Source of the DNA: Epiperipatus broadwayi
Lineage: Eukaryota; Animalia; Onychophora
NCBI GenBank assembly: GCA_028023455.1
Contig: JAQFVV010000005.1
Location: forward strand, 1,178,001 to 1,242,000
Reading direction: 5' to 3'
Length of the DNA stretch: 64,000 nt
The notes under the pieces are model-generated. The model had not been told where the DNA came from. It saw only the letters and a program-made list of their open reading frames with translations, and ran no database searches. Shown in pieces: positions 13,700 to 26,571 of this stretch (its first letter is position 1; the number at the start of each line of letters is the position of its first letter). The translations under genes were made by a program, and so were the position numbers.

Positions 13700-14194
13700 A
13701 AAATAATTGATTTTTACTCTTGACCAAAAATACCGTAACTTTAAAAAAAGATACACGTAAAGTCCCAAAAAAAAAATGAGAAAAAGCCCCGTAACTTTAA
13801 AGACACACTCAAAAACAATCTAAGATTAATAAACATTGACTTATTACGTCTTGCTTTTGAATCAAATGATTGATTGATTTACTCTTGCAAAAAAAAAAAG
13901 GTACCGTAACTTTAAAAAGACACACATAAAGTCCCAAAAAAATATTAGAAAAAGCCCCGTAACTTTAAAGACACATATGCAAATTCAAAAACAAGATAAG
14001 ATTAATAAACATTTACTTATTACGTCTTGTTTTTGAATAAAAGTATTGATTTACACTTGCAAAAAAAAAAAAAAAACTGTAACTTTAAAAAGACACACAT
14101 AAAGTCCAAAAAAAAAAAAAAGTTAGAAAAACACCGTAACTTTAAAAAGACACACACAAACTCAAAAACAAGATAAGATTAATAAACATTTACG
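13700..14194. repeat. Three ~175-180-bp tandem repeats inside the TIR element
   Basis: Each unit contains cgtaactttaaa(aa)gacac twice, then aagtcc(c)aaaa and taagattaataaacatt. Confidence 0.85.
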
Positions 14195-15076
14195 AAAAAA
14201 ATGAAAAAACTAACATCATATAATAGTATTAGTTAGTAGAATATTTTATTACAAATCTAAGAAATCGGATCTTTTTAGATCAAATCGATCATTTAGGTTG
14301 GGCCCCAGAATCGTTATATGTATATGTTTTCGATTAGCATCAACGCCATCTTTAGGCAAACACCAAGGATGAGAAAACAACCAATTATTTTTATGTGATA
14401 TAAGTACATAAACTTTATTTCTTATTGAGTAGTTTTTTTCCTTGCTTATTAATGTGTGGTAAATGGTTCCATTTGGCAGGTAGATTTCATGCTTTTCAGT
14501 GCTGTAATTTTTTTTCTATCACCAAGTTCAAAAGATAGACAATCATTCTACTATATATTATAATATTTCTTTGCAACATAAAATCATTTATTACCATTAT
14601 GCATATGTCTATATATGTTATGGTTAAAAGGAGGTTACCTTGACAACAGTTTGAGATTGTTGATTATTATCTATATTGGGATTGTTTAAGTGTTGATTGG
14701 TTTCTAATAGTTATATATATATATACATAAACAATCATTTGCTGCTTTTGCTTATGAATGAATTGTCCACTACCAAAGAAGATGTAACTATATCTGTGTA
14801 GAAATTTCTGATCTTCCTTATTGTATTGTTAAAATCATTCTTCATTAATTATGGGATAAATGTGAACTTCAGTATCATGGTGAATGGAAAATGAGAGTTA
14901 TTATGTCCAGATCACGCATATTTGATTTTGAAAGTATTATAAATGAATGAATAAAATAATTTAGATATTCCTCCTAATGATTATTAAATTATATATCTTT
15001 ATAAACATATAGTTTAATTGGGCTCGGTCCTCATAGAATTACAACATTTCCTTTGATAATGCTAAAGATCACATAA

Positions 15077-16524
15077 ACTATCTAAAAATGAAGAAGCCAG
15101 GAACAATGTTCAACAACAAACTAAACTACTGGAACACATATGATCTTATGAATCCGGAAGAAACTAAAATTGACAATATTCTTTCGATTGGGATATCGAG
15201 GTTCTCGAGGTTGACCAAACATCTAAAATTGGAACCGAGGTTTGTTGATTTTTTTAATCAAGGTCAACCTCGGGGCCTTGCCTACCACTGACTTCCTACA
15301 TAGTAAAAGGAATTATAATCTGGACTCTACATGCGCACTATGTAGGCAAAGTGATAAGACAATGACACATATATTGGAAGAGTGTCAAATTTGGAATAGC
15401 ATAAGAAACATTATTAAATCTCTCGTTAAAAACAAAGAATCAGCTTGTGTAAATTTGATTAAAGCCTTCAAGAATGGACATTTTGAAATCATAAGATTGG
15501 CAACATTTATAAATTTTTGCATTTGGTCACGGAGAAATAAGATCATCTTCGAAAGTGGAGAAGAATATGACATGATTAAAATGTCTTTACCCTTATTAAA
15601 AGAAATTAAAGAATTAGACCAAAAATTTTTTCAGAATTGGATGTTTACCAGACCTGGTCCCTAATAAACCTAAAACAAAGTATAGTACCAATGATGAAAA
15701 GAATATAAAATTGTAAATCCATAGATACTAAAAAAATTTGAATGAACTATTTACCTAAAACATTTTAGATAAACTTTATATGGAAGAGATCCAAGGACTA
15801 GAAAATGCTATTATAAAGTTATTCACCTAATTGATGATTAATAGGAAAGGGCTTTCATTTGATTAATGGATCAGTTTTAATCAATGACCCAATAAATATA
15901 TTAAAACTGCTTTAATAATGTTTAATGGTAACCGATATGTTTACTGTAAAGAATCTATGATATATTTCGTATAATTTTCAGTCTTAGGTATTCTGTGAAA
16001 ACCTGCTTTAAAGTAATTTTTAAGAATGTTATCCCTATATTGGATTGGCTAACCTCATGATCTATAAGTAAAGTGTATGGCTTCCATATATGGTTCAAAA
16101 TGACTAATATCTCGAAATTTAAATGTTAAATTAATACACACAGAAACATTGGAAGTGCTCTTCACTTGGTAAGATAAAGCTCTATAGACTAAATGGCTAA
16201 ATATGCTTTTAATCATTGTCTACATGTTCGTAAATTAAATAAACGTATGTATTTGAATTGACTAACACCGTCATATATGTCATATACATGATCAGATTAA
16301 TGTAAATGGGCCACAACTATGATTTCTGGAATGGGAAGTTATATGTCTTCAATTTCTGGTGATAACTAATGTCTTAATGTAATTGATATGAAATTAATTG
16401 TTTATTCTATGTATACAAGCGTAACCTCTGATTTTGTTAACTGGTCTCCATTGAGATTGATATGTAAAGGTCCTTTTTTTTTTTGTATATGATTCTTATG
16501 GTTTGTGAATAAATTTTTCTTTTG
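15077..16524 (+). mobile_element. 5'-truncated L1/Tx1-clade LINE, 3' end with zinc-knuckle region and ~860-bp 3' UTR
   Basis: GALPT...CALC...MTHILEEC...IWSRRNKIIF is the L1-type C-terminal cysteine-rich motif. 13-bp TSD aaagatcacataa at 15064-15076 and 16525-16537. Confidence 0.85.
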
Positions 16525-17068
16525 AAAGATCACATAATATTGCATTCATAATATGTAATCTAGATTAATCTCAGATATTTAGTTTCCAGTTAGTAATATC
16601 AAAGTGGACAGTGAGCTGGGCTGGTGAGGTGAAAAGAAAATCTTAATTCTGTTTGTGTCTTGAATAAATTTTCATGGTTTTTTGATCTTGACCTGAAACT
16701 TGATAGATGCACTAACCATTATACCTTTTATTAAACATTTTAAATTAAACTATTGATTGGATACAAATTATTTATTTCACCATACCATTAATAATTAAGA
16801 AGTTTATAAATCATTTATTCTGCATTAAGCCTTAATAATTTTGATTTGTGGTAATTATCAATGCATCTCAATTTTTTTTTCTTTAATTAAGTAGCCAGTT
16901 GCATTTCATTTAATATTTTTATTACCCAACATTCACAGTCATTTTCATGAATCAATAGTAACCAATCCTAGTATAAATTATATAAACTTTTAAAATAACT
17001 GTAATAAATTTTCATACCAAATGATGGATGACTATTCACATAGGAGAATGAAGAAACTATCTTGCAAG

Positions 17069-17135
17069 TGTTAACACCCAAATCAGGATTTCCCCCTTCT
17101 CTTGTTAGTGAAAAAAAATGATTTGGGCGTTAACA
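17069..17135. repeat. Small hairpin / mini-MITE with 17-bp arms
   Basis: tgttaacacccaaatca ... tgatttgggcgttaaca, one mismatch. Confidence 0.7.
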
Positions 17136-17943
17136 TTTGAGAGATTACATCTTAAGCAAAGATACCAACTTCATTGCATAAATTAATTTCTCTTTCACTG
17201 TTGCCATGGCATTCTTAGTTGATGTTCTGCAAAATAATGAAACAGTTTATTTCATTTGTGTTATTAGTTAGTGTATTTTCGGAAAACCTCTCTGGTAGCA
17301 AAATAATACAGGCTTTAAGCACGCACATACATAAAATGTACTATACATCTATAACTGTTTACCCATTTATATATATATGACTCATGATTCTGCATTTTTG
17401 TAATTCAAGTGGAATTTATATTTGTGTTAATATTTTTTTTTCTGAATTACATTATGATTTTTGTGGTTTACATATAATTTGCATTTGACAATAGCGATTA
17501 TTTCATCTCTTTTTATGAACCACCCTACTATAGCTGCTTAAATAGCAAAACAGGGAGGTAAGATTGTTACTTTTGGAAAGGATTATTTACCAGTCCATCA
17601 GTTATCCATTGATTAAATCATGCTTGGATAGACTGCTGTCAAAAGCACATATTATTTTTAGGTATTGTCATTCAATTTCAACTCCTGTTATTGCATGAAT
17701 GACATTTTGTATAGTCATAAATTTTTGTTAAGATACAGAAATAATTTATTGTAGTTTTCCCTCATCTCTAAAGCAGTTTAAAATATTTTGCTATTCTTAC
17801 AAATATGACTAACTGTGCCAACATTATCCTTTATTATCTTTGTCCAATAATATTAATAACACGATATTAGTCAAAATGAAACAAGCAAATGAAAAAACGA
17901 CTAATAGAATATAAAGCTGTAAAGAAGCGCATCTCAGATTTTT

Positions 17944-18047
17944 TTTTCATATGCCATAGCATCGGCCGGGACGCGAACCCACAACCGTCTGCAACCAACT
18001 ACTTGCTTGCATGGCAGCTGCGATACCTCTCGGCTAACAACGCAAGA
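17944..18047 (-). mobile_element. Young ~104-bp tRNA-derived SINE with 16-bp TSD
   Basis: TSD cgcatctcagattttt at 17928-17943 and 18048-18063. A-box-like TAGCCGAGAGG, B-box-like GGTTCGCGTCC, short A tail, CpGs intact. Confidence 0.8.
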
Positions 18048-20014
18048 CGCATCTCAGATTTTTGAGCATATAATTTAACTTTTTTGTGTACAAGTTAATC
18101 ATAAACTTAAATAAATTCTGTAATGTAGAACTTCACGATATTTATGTTTAGTGTGCTTCTAGTTAAATTTTCCATTTATTCATGCTGGCACAACATATAG
18201 ATAATCTTTTGCATAACACAAGGTGTTTGTGAAACTTTTTCACGTAATGAATTTAATGTTTTGGTAAATAAAGGGTTATTACGCAAACTGATTTTAACGA
18301 TCTCTCTTCAAGCATGCTGTTTATAAATAGTATTTCCATTGCTAATATAGGAAGATGAAAAAGAGTCGAAGGGCAAACTCATTTAAGTAAAAATTCTCCT
18401 TAATCACCCCCCCCCCCCCCAAATCAAATGATAATGTTTATTTACTTTTTTTTTTTAATAGTTAATATTAATCACTGGATCGTGAAAAGTTAATTTTGCA
18501 AGCATCTTGTATAAGCAGCTCCATCTGCATTTTAAATCATCCCAGAGTTCTGTAATGGAATAAAATTATTCAGCGACTAATGAGGGGTCTTTGGCAGGAC
18601 GGCTGTTGCCTCTTAGATGGCTAACTATTCTCTGCTGTAAATTAATAATAATAAAAAGCATCTTCTTGTTAATTGTGTTTTATCTTTTAACAACATAAAT
18701 CACTAGAGATTACTGTGAGTTTTATTTTTGAAAAGTCAATTTATCACCTGGGGAGGGGAGCGTACTGTTCTTTTGTATTTATATATGTATGTATGTTGAG
18801 TTATATGCTCAAAAGTGGATTCGGTTAACTAGGCAATATAATACTAATTAATTTATTTATGTGTGAGATCGGTAGGAAAATGAATAATTGCATTTATACA
18901 AACTACCACGGAAATAATCAACTAATATATTATTCCGTTGTCAAGTTATCCCAAATTGTCAAAGCGCAGAGAGCTAGGACTGAGTAGTCGTACATATACA
19001 TATTTTACTGAGAGTTTTATTTTTGAAAAGACTTGTTTTTTTATTTATGTAGTAAAAAAAAACTTGGTGTTCTTGTATTTCTGGAGAAGAATATAATGTT
19101 AAGAAGAATAAAAGATGTATTTATAAAAAACATATATTAGAAGCAATGAATGTGTTCCTAGTATCCGACTGCTTATTATTCTAATCGACCTTCTGGCAGA
19201 GAACTCAACATTTTTAGGTACAGTAATACTACTAGTGTATTCATAGAATATAGCCCAAAGCCATCTCAAGATAAATGAAATCATCTATATTGATAAATTT
19301 TACATAATTTCGATGTTTAATGTGTATGCCATCCATTCAATGCAGGTACTTGCACAAAAGTAATTAAAAAAATGTATTAATGTAGTTATTAAATATATAT
19401 ATATAATAAATCAAAAGTGAACATAAGCACCCACGTGACTAAATATATGCTGATTGAGTATGATGAGGGATTAGATGTAGTCTGAGAGGTGATTTCTGAC
19501 ATTACTCATATAAGCAGACATACTTGAAATTTATTTTTTAATTTATAATATTTTTTCAAACTGGATTACTGAAATCATAGGTGGCTAATCTACAAATGTG
19601 GTAGGATTATTGCACACGTGTGCAGGATAATCCTAAATTCAGTATCATAGGAAGGATGAAACAAATATATTTACATAAGTTACTCAATATATTCACCCAA
19701 TTATTAACAGTATTTATACGCATTGCTATATTCTAGGAAGGCTTTTCATACTATTTGCAATATATATAACATAATCTTTATTTAAAAAGACAGAGACTAG
19801 TTTGAAAGGAATCTCTCACAAGGAGATCAGGGTAACTACCATTGCTTGTATAGGTATTTTTGATTGTTTTTCCAAGACTCTGCAACGTGAATATATTGGA
19901 TGAATTTCAGAATATAACTTTTTTGATTTAATCAAGAAATAATTAATAATATTTCAATAGAGCAAAATATTGTTGCAGTAATATGTAACCCTGCAACATT
20001 ACTTAAGTTTTATA

Positions 20015-20128
20015 AGACAAAGTTAGATAGCCATTTTAGTAGATAGAGCAAGGAAAAAATAATTTAATGTCAGACAAAGTTAGATAGCCATTTTAGTAGA
20101 TAGAGCAAGGAAAAAATAATTTAATGTC
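20015..20128. repeat. Perfect 57-bp tandem duplication
   Basis: agacaaagttagatagcc...aatttaatgtc present twice, at 20015 and 20072. Confidence 0.95.
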
Positions 20129-20312
20129 AAATCCAAAATTATTTAATGCTTCTATCATGAGTATATTGAAACATAATAGCTGATATATTAAGTCTCTTTA
20201 TTTACAATAGCATTTCTTGTGTATATATAATAGTAAAAAAATCAAGTCACACATCACGTGACTTAACTTATTAAGCTTGTACTACAAATGTAATATAATG
20301 AGCATGCTAATA

Positions 20313-20858
20313 GCTCTGAACAAGCTTTTCTGATAAATGCTAGAAGAGAAAGCATTTAAAATCTCTGTCTAGAATTATCCCTACCTCCAAACCTGTTTTA
20401 AGCTTTTGGCTCTCGTCAGTGAAGCACTAGGGTATCCAGAACACTAGATCTAAAATACCAACTCAAGCGCAGCATTTATCTAATATTTAACTATCAAATG
20501 GAATATCTGGAATTTTCAATTAATAGTTTTGTTTTTGAGGCTTTGGCGATGTTATATTGCTAAAACTATTAATATATGGTGGAACTGAATTTAGTTCTGT
20601 CCCATATGGTTATTTAAGTTCGATAACTGGATTTGAAAGATGTATAGATGTCTTGAAAATTTCAGATATCCTACTTAAAAGTTAAGTATTAAATAAATAC
20701 TGTGCTTGAGCTGGTATTTTGGAACTAGTGTCTGGTTATCCCAGTGCTTCACTGAGGAGAGCCAACAGCTCAAAAACAGTTTGGGGGATAGGGATAATTC
20801 TAGATAGAGATTTTAAATGCTTTCTTTTATGACATTTGTCAGAAAAGATTGTTTGAGC
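20313..20858. mobile_element. MITE-like fold-back, ~200-bp imperfect inverted arms
   Basis: gaaagcatttaaaatctct.tctagaattatcccta, tcagtgaagcact and aaaatacca.ctcaagc.cag are all mirrored. Spacer about 130 bp. Confidence 0.85.
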
Positions 20859-22389
20859 ATTGCAGTTTTGTTTATATTTCATTTACCATTAGCTTTCTAT
20901 TGTACAGATGGAAGTTAAAACAAACAAAAACAAAAAAAAAAAGTCATTTGCATTACTCTTAATTAGTCTAAATGACTTCATTCATACTGAAGTCAAGAAT
21001 TCCATACACACTTATAAGCTGGTCTGAATATCAATCATTATTCCCAATTGACAAATTTACACCTTTTATTTCAGTCATCAAATGAATGATTGAGGCATCA
21101 GAAGTAATAGCAATAATTGTAAGTTCATATGCTTTGTGAGGTCTTGTAAAATTTTAGCATTAAAGTAGCAAGTTGAGCACAATAATTTCTGACAACTGAT
21201 CTGAATGGGAATCTTGAACTTAACTGTTTTTGTTCTACCACTATGCTGAATTGCATAAACCCATGGATCAGGAATAGTGGATTGAAGTATCTCCATAATG
21301 AGTAGCTGCAAGTATTCACTATTTCTAATTTTATCAGCTTTTATATCTACATTTTAAAATAGTTTCTGAGATCAAAATCTAATAAAATAGAATAATTCAA
21401 ATTTAGCCTTAGCTACTAGTTTTAAAGGAACACAGTGTTTAGTCTTCATTATATTTAGACAGTTTTATAAACAAATGAATAATTTCTGGGCACTCATTTA
21501 TTACCATATGCTGCTCCATTTAGCTGCAAAGAAAGACATATGGTGTTGTCATTACAACATTGATTATTTCAGTTGTCTTAATTTATTCCAAGAAAACATC
21601 CTATATACATTTGTAATTGTGCAACATTCCCCTGACTTTTTGGAATGAAATATTTTTATCATTTGTTGCCAGAAGAATATTATGGTTGTGTGTATAAAAC
21701 TTTTTGTATCATAATTTAGGTACATATTGGAATTAAGATCGTATGGATAAGTTTTTCAAATAATCTTATACTTTTTCAGGTGCATATTTTTTAAAGAAAG
21801 ATGATAAAGATTCTAGGATCAGCAAAATTGGTTAAATAAGTAGCAATGTATTAATCATAAAATAAATTAAAACTTTGTGGCAATATGGTGTGAAATCTGT
21901 ACATCACTCTTAAATCACAAATTTGAGGTAAAATGCTATCTGAGAAAAGATTTGAGATTAGTTGAGAATATTTTAACTGACTGAAAAAATTTGAGTATTG
22001 AAATTTGGTAGGTTGAATCGTACTAATAATATATTCAAAAGAAAATAGACCAGTTGAAAATTGCATCATGTTACAATATTCATCTGACAACCACTCATGA
22101 CTTTTATCGTCTATCTAAGAATTGCTAGATACTCATTTACTGATTAATATTGAATGGTTAATTTTTAATCATTGTTTAAAAAAAATATTCTTGCTTGAGA
22201 AATCCTTAGCTTCTTAAAGTTTCCAAGTCCAATCTGGATTTGAATCCTAGCCCATGCATAAGGCATATTGCTAAAATCTTTATACTCTTTTATTATTAAA
22301 TGTTTGCAAATCATTGGATACTATTATATCTAGAATAAATTTATTAGTTAGTTACTTTAGAGGTCTTGTGATCTTTGAGCATCAGAAGT

Positions 22390-22530
22390 AATAGATTGAG
22401 CTTTAATCCTGGCATCTTTAGCCCTTTGGTTTGTTTATTACTGATTGTGCTAACTGCGCAGAACCTTTGGCATTTCCAGTAGATTGAGCTTCAATCTTGG
22501 ATTTGGTTTGTTTACTACTGACTGTGCTGA
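22390..22530. repeat. Imperfect ~88-bp tandem duplication
   Basis: tagattgagctt.aatc and tttggtttgttta.tactga.tgtgct each occur twice. Confidence 0.7.
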
Positions 22531-22809
22531 CATTTTCAGTAGTATATTTTCATTTTTACGTATTAGTCAAGAGCCTTTGTCTTTTTGCAAAATCTTTATT
22601 TCAGTATACTGCTTAGAACATTTAAAGGATGAAATGCCCATTGAAGGTATCGTATAACTATAAATAAGGAGATTCAACATATATTATGTTAAGGGATTGG
22701 CAAGTAATGACAAACTATTACCAATAATGATGTTTGGTTTTAGTACCGTACCTCATTATCTATTTATTGCAATTCTTCATTGGTTAGAGATCTTAACTTA
22801 TATATATAT

Positions 22810-24900
22810 ATGTATCGTGGCCAAATGTTTGAAAATTTGTAATCGAATTTATTGTCCGGGAGTTCATTAGATATTCGAGCTATGAATATGACTGAACTGA
22901 GGACGATCCACGGATCTTAAACACCAGTTTGCAACTCTGCCGATCACTGCGGTAACACTCAAGATGTTTTTGACAGTAATCAGTGTCTCTTTTCTAACTA
23001 AATCTGCGATGAAAATCTGCTCTCAAATTGCTTTTTAAATAAATCGATAAAATAAATAATTCGTCGTGAAATTAACGCTAAAATATTTTTATGTCTTTTC
23101 TAAAGGTTTGATAGGTGATCTCAAGATTTTTTATATATATAATTAAATATCAAAGAAGCTTTACAAGTGAATTTTGGTTTTTTATTTCCTTCCGTGCTTT
23201 TTAACATTTTTTTTTTTTTTTTCCTATTTTGGTTTAATAGATAGATGTTTAAAAATTCACTATTAATAATTAAAAGTTCGCACTAAGTTGACTGCATTTA
23301 TTCAATAGTGCAGATTCGCCAATTAGTGAAATGGTCTGCGTATTTTTGTTGTGAATTCATCGAAGAAAATATTGTTCAAAATTTCTATCAAATTAAAAAT
23401 ATTTCCCCGAAGAAAGTTTTTATATCTTTCTCGCAAAAAAACGCAGTCTCATTAGGAATGCTAATTAGGTTCGAGTTATGAAAGTGGTTTTTGATTGCTG
23501 TCCAGGGATAGAAATAATGGATTTTCAGTTTTAAAAAATAACTATAAAAATCAATACTAAATGAAAATTGATCAGTTGTGAGGAATAACAATTTATTTAT
23601 TTTTTAAAAGTATTTTGAAAATAATGATATTCGATTAGATCTTAGGTATGTGCACTGTGTGAGTTTTTCACTTATTTGTAGAATCAGGGGTCTTGTGATT
23701 CCGTGGTTAGCTCATTTGCCTACCATTCTAAGACCTGAGATTCGAATCTGTTAGAACATGGACTCTTCAGTTAGCCGCAAGTTTAAGCATATTGAGTTTT
23801 TTTTTCTTTTAGACAAATTTTCTAATCAACCCAGTTAATAAGTAAATTAATGGTTGGTATTGAATATCTATCGATTTAGCAGGAGGTATGACATTGGTGG
23901 AAAGTTATTAACTCACTATGACTCGTCTCTTTGACTAGTTCGGGGTTCAATATTTTGATGCTGGACCAGCCTTCGCTTTGAAATGGAACTATTTAAAACT
24001 GATTTGCTTTCTCTCTTTTATTTGACAGTATTTGCTCATGCTGTATTTTTATATATATATGTTGTTTTCTATTTATACAGTTTTAATGTCTTGAACTCAA
24101 ATTTTGATTTAATTATCAAAAATTCAAATTCATGTACACATATTATATTAGATTCGATCTATCAGAGTTGCTGAATGAGCTAATCACTTTTTCATTTAAT
24201 TATTTACTGTAATTTTCGTTAAGTAGTTAAATTTATTTATTTTAATCAGCAATTAATCAATTTTTTTTTTTTTTTATCATAAAAGAAAAATGATTTTTTG
24301 CTATCCAGGTAAATGTGACAAAATCATTATACTATATATTATCACATCTAATAATATATCGTAGAAGTAACAAATGAAATAAATAATCGAATGGTTTTGT
24401 GGCTCAGGAGTTCATAGATACTGAGTGACGGAAGTGCCAGAACCGGAAATGATCGGGGGATTTCCTGAATATGACGCTTTAGCACTACATTACACAAGTT
24501 AATAACAGTTGATTTGGTTTTTTTAAAAAAAAATCAGATGTTTCATTAAAATAAATAAAATATTGTCTTATATTTTCTTTTTTGCTATTGACATCGATCT
24601 TTTTATACCAGAAGGAAACGAATACAATTTTTTTTTTGTTCGTGTTTTTATACTTAGATGAAATGAATTTACACTTCAACACCTTAAAATCTGGAATTAT
24701 TATGGTTTTTAAATCTTGAAATTTTATGTTTAGTATATTGCATTAAATTTAACTTGTATAAGTAGACTGCAACTTCTGCTCTCAAATTACACTTAACTTT
24801 AACTATAAGTGAGTTTGAAAGACTACTATAAATCTTTCTCATTATAACAATCCAAGAAGATACTATTTGATTAAATCGATCTCATTCTTTTTTTATTAAT
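22810..24900. promoter_or_regulatory. CpG-retaining island with ETS-like motifs; possible promoter or unmethylated element
   Basis: Dozens of CG dinucleotides against a near-absence in the flanks. CGGAAGTG at about 24429-24436 and CCGGAAAT at 24443-24450. Function is inferred only. Confidence 0.4.
23685..23780 (+). mobile_element. tRNA-derived SINE-like head
   Basis: gtggttagctc (A-box-like) and gagattcgaatc (B-box-like) at tRNA-like spacing. Confidence 0.5.
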
Positions 24901-26571
24901 TAATAATTACATTTTCCAGTATCCTTTTTTTTTTTACATGTAGTGTTTTTACCAATGCTAACCTGTTGCTGTTATTCCCATTTTTTTTTTTTTGATCGAT
25001 GCTAATTTTTAAAATTATGAATTTGGTAAACTATTTTTATTCAAGATTACATAATTTATAGTTAAAAACAAAAAAAAAAATCTAAAAATCATAACTAATT
25101 TAATTACTCTTCTTAACAAAACATGGTTTTTTAACTTTTAAAGAAGATGCTTTCATCTTCTCATTATTCTTATTTTAATACTTTCAAAATAAAACCACAT
25201 TTGTTTTATTTCTAAATCTATAGAAGACATTTTCTCCTAAAACAAGCATATGATATATATTGTTTTTTTTTGATTTTTTTTTCATCCATGTTTTCAAAGA
25301 ACTTTTAGTTTTAAATATTCTTTCATTCACTCCCCAAGGATTTTTTAGTATGGTATTAACTTAATATGTACTTAACATTTGTCATCCTTAAGACCCAATG
25401 CACTTCTCGAACTAGTAATGAAATGAGTGGGTACTCTTTTATAGAGAACAATACTTATGTATATTCCCACAAAATTTTTTGCATAGCAGTCATATTTATC
25501 AGAGCATCCAAACCTTTCATAATAACCACAGAAAACAAAACAAGATCAGAATTATTAGAAAGATATTAGTTCTAATTTTAATCTATGTACTTCCTGAGTA
25601 TATATATATATATAATCATCACTATGTTCAAATGTAATTCCCAGTTTTATCCAATTTAAATTTTTTAATTTTCTATTTCCTAAGCTATGAAGATTATGTT
25701 TATTATCATATTTTACTACTTTGCACCAGATGTTAATTTGTATTTCCAATTCAAAATCAGGTTTAGCTATTCATTCTCAAATCCACACATATATTTTAAC
25801 TATTTTAGATTTAATATAACAAAATCTCTGATTAAATCAAATACCCCAATAGGTTTTGCTTTATCTATTCTATTTACATATTTTGCAAATTAGCTAAAAT
25901 ATTGTATTTTGTAGTCCATGAAATGAAATAAAACCAGCTTCTATACTATATTGAGATTTTGTTTCATGTTTATAATTTTCAGCTTAATAGTATATCTTGT
26001 GAAAAAAATTATAGTAATAAAAAAGTTTATTCATTTTCTGTGATACATACGCTTTCGGCTTCACATTAACAAATTTATTTAATTTCATTTATGCATGCCT
26101 CACATATGGTCTCTTCCTAGATTTTTTTAGAATCTTTTGAGATATAATTAATCCAGTTCTATTTCATGTTTTGATTCTTTTAATGATGTCAGTGATTCCT
26201 TTTAGTTATACACAATATCTATCTTTTTATTCTTTATGAAATTGCTTGAAGTCTGAATTGTTTTTTTGCTAAATGACCTAGCCTCAAATCCATGAACTAA
26301 AAAACATATGTATTAAAAATCTTTCTTTTTAAATACATAGTTATAATTTCTTTTAATAGTAAGTTATTTCTATGCAAAACCATTTCTTCTGGGTTTCATT
26401 CTATTACTAAATTTCATTCATAAGGTTTCCATCTGTATTAATAATCTGATTAAAGTATTTGAAGTTGTTCAATTTCTAATTAATGATTATTAATTTTTAT
26501 TACCTTCTTTTTAGTCCTATTTCCTTACTTTCATCTGATAACTTTTACAATATTTTCTGAAGATATGAAGT

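Larger units (their letters stand above)
12456..14382. mobile_element. Non-autonomous TIR DNA transposon, GG..CC termini, 8-bp TSD (Merlin- or MuDR-like)
   Basis: ~40-bp imperfect TIRs GGTTGTTTTCTCATCCT(C/T)GGTGTT(C/T)GCCT(C/A)AAGATG(T/G)CG. TSD aattattt at 12448-12455 and 14383-14390. CpG-rich interior with no transposase ORF. Confidence 0.85.

Noticed and set aside
13700-14194. Repeat array superficially like CRISPR
   Set aside because: The units are wholly repeated with no unique spacers, lie inside a TIR element in a eukaryotic intron, and no cas genes are present.
17944-18047. Functional tRNA gene
   Set aside because: The D and anticodon stems pair poorly, the T-loop is non-canonical, and a TSD plus A tail indicate retroposition.
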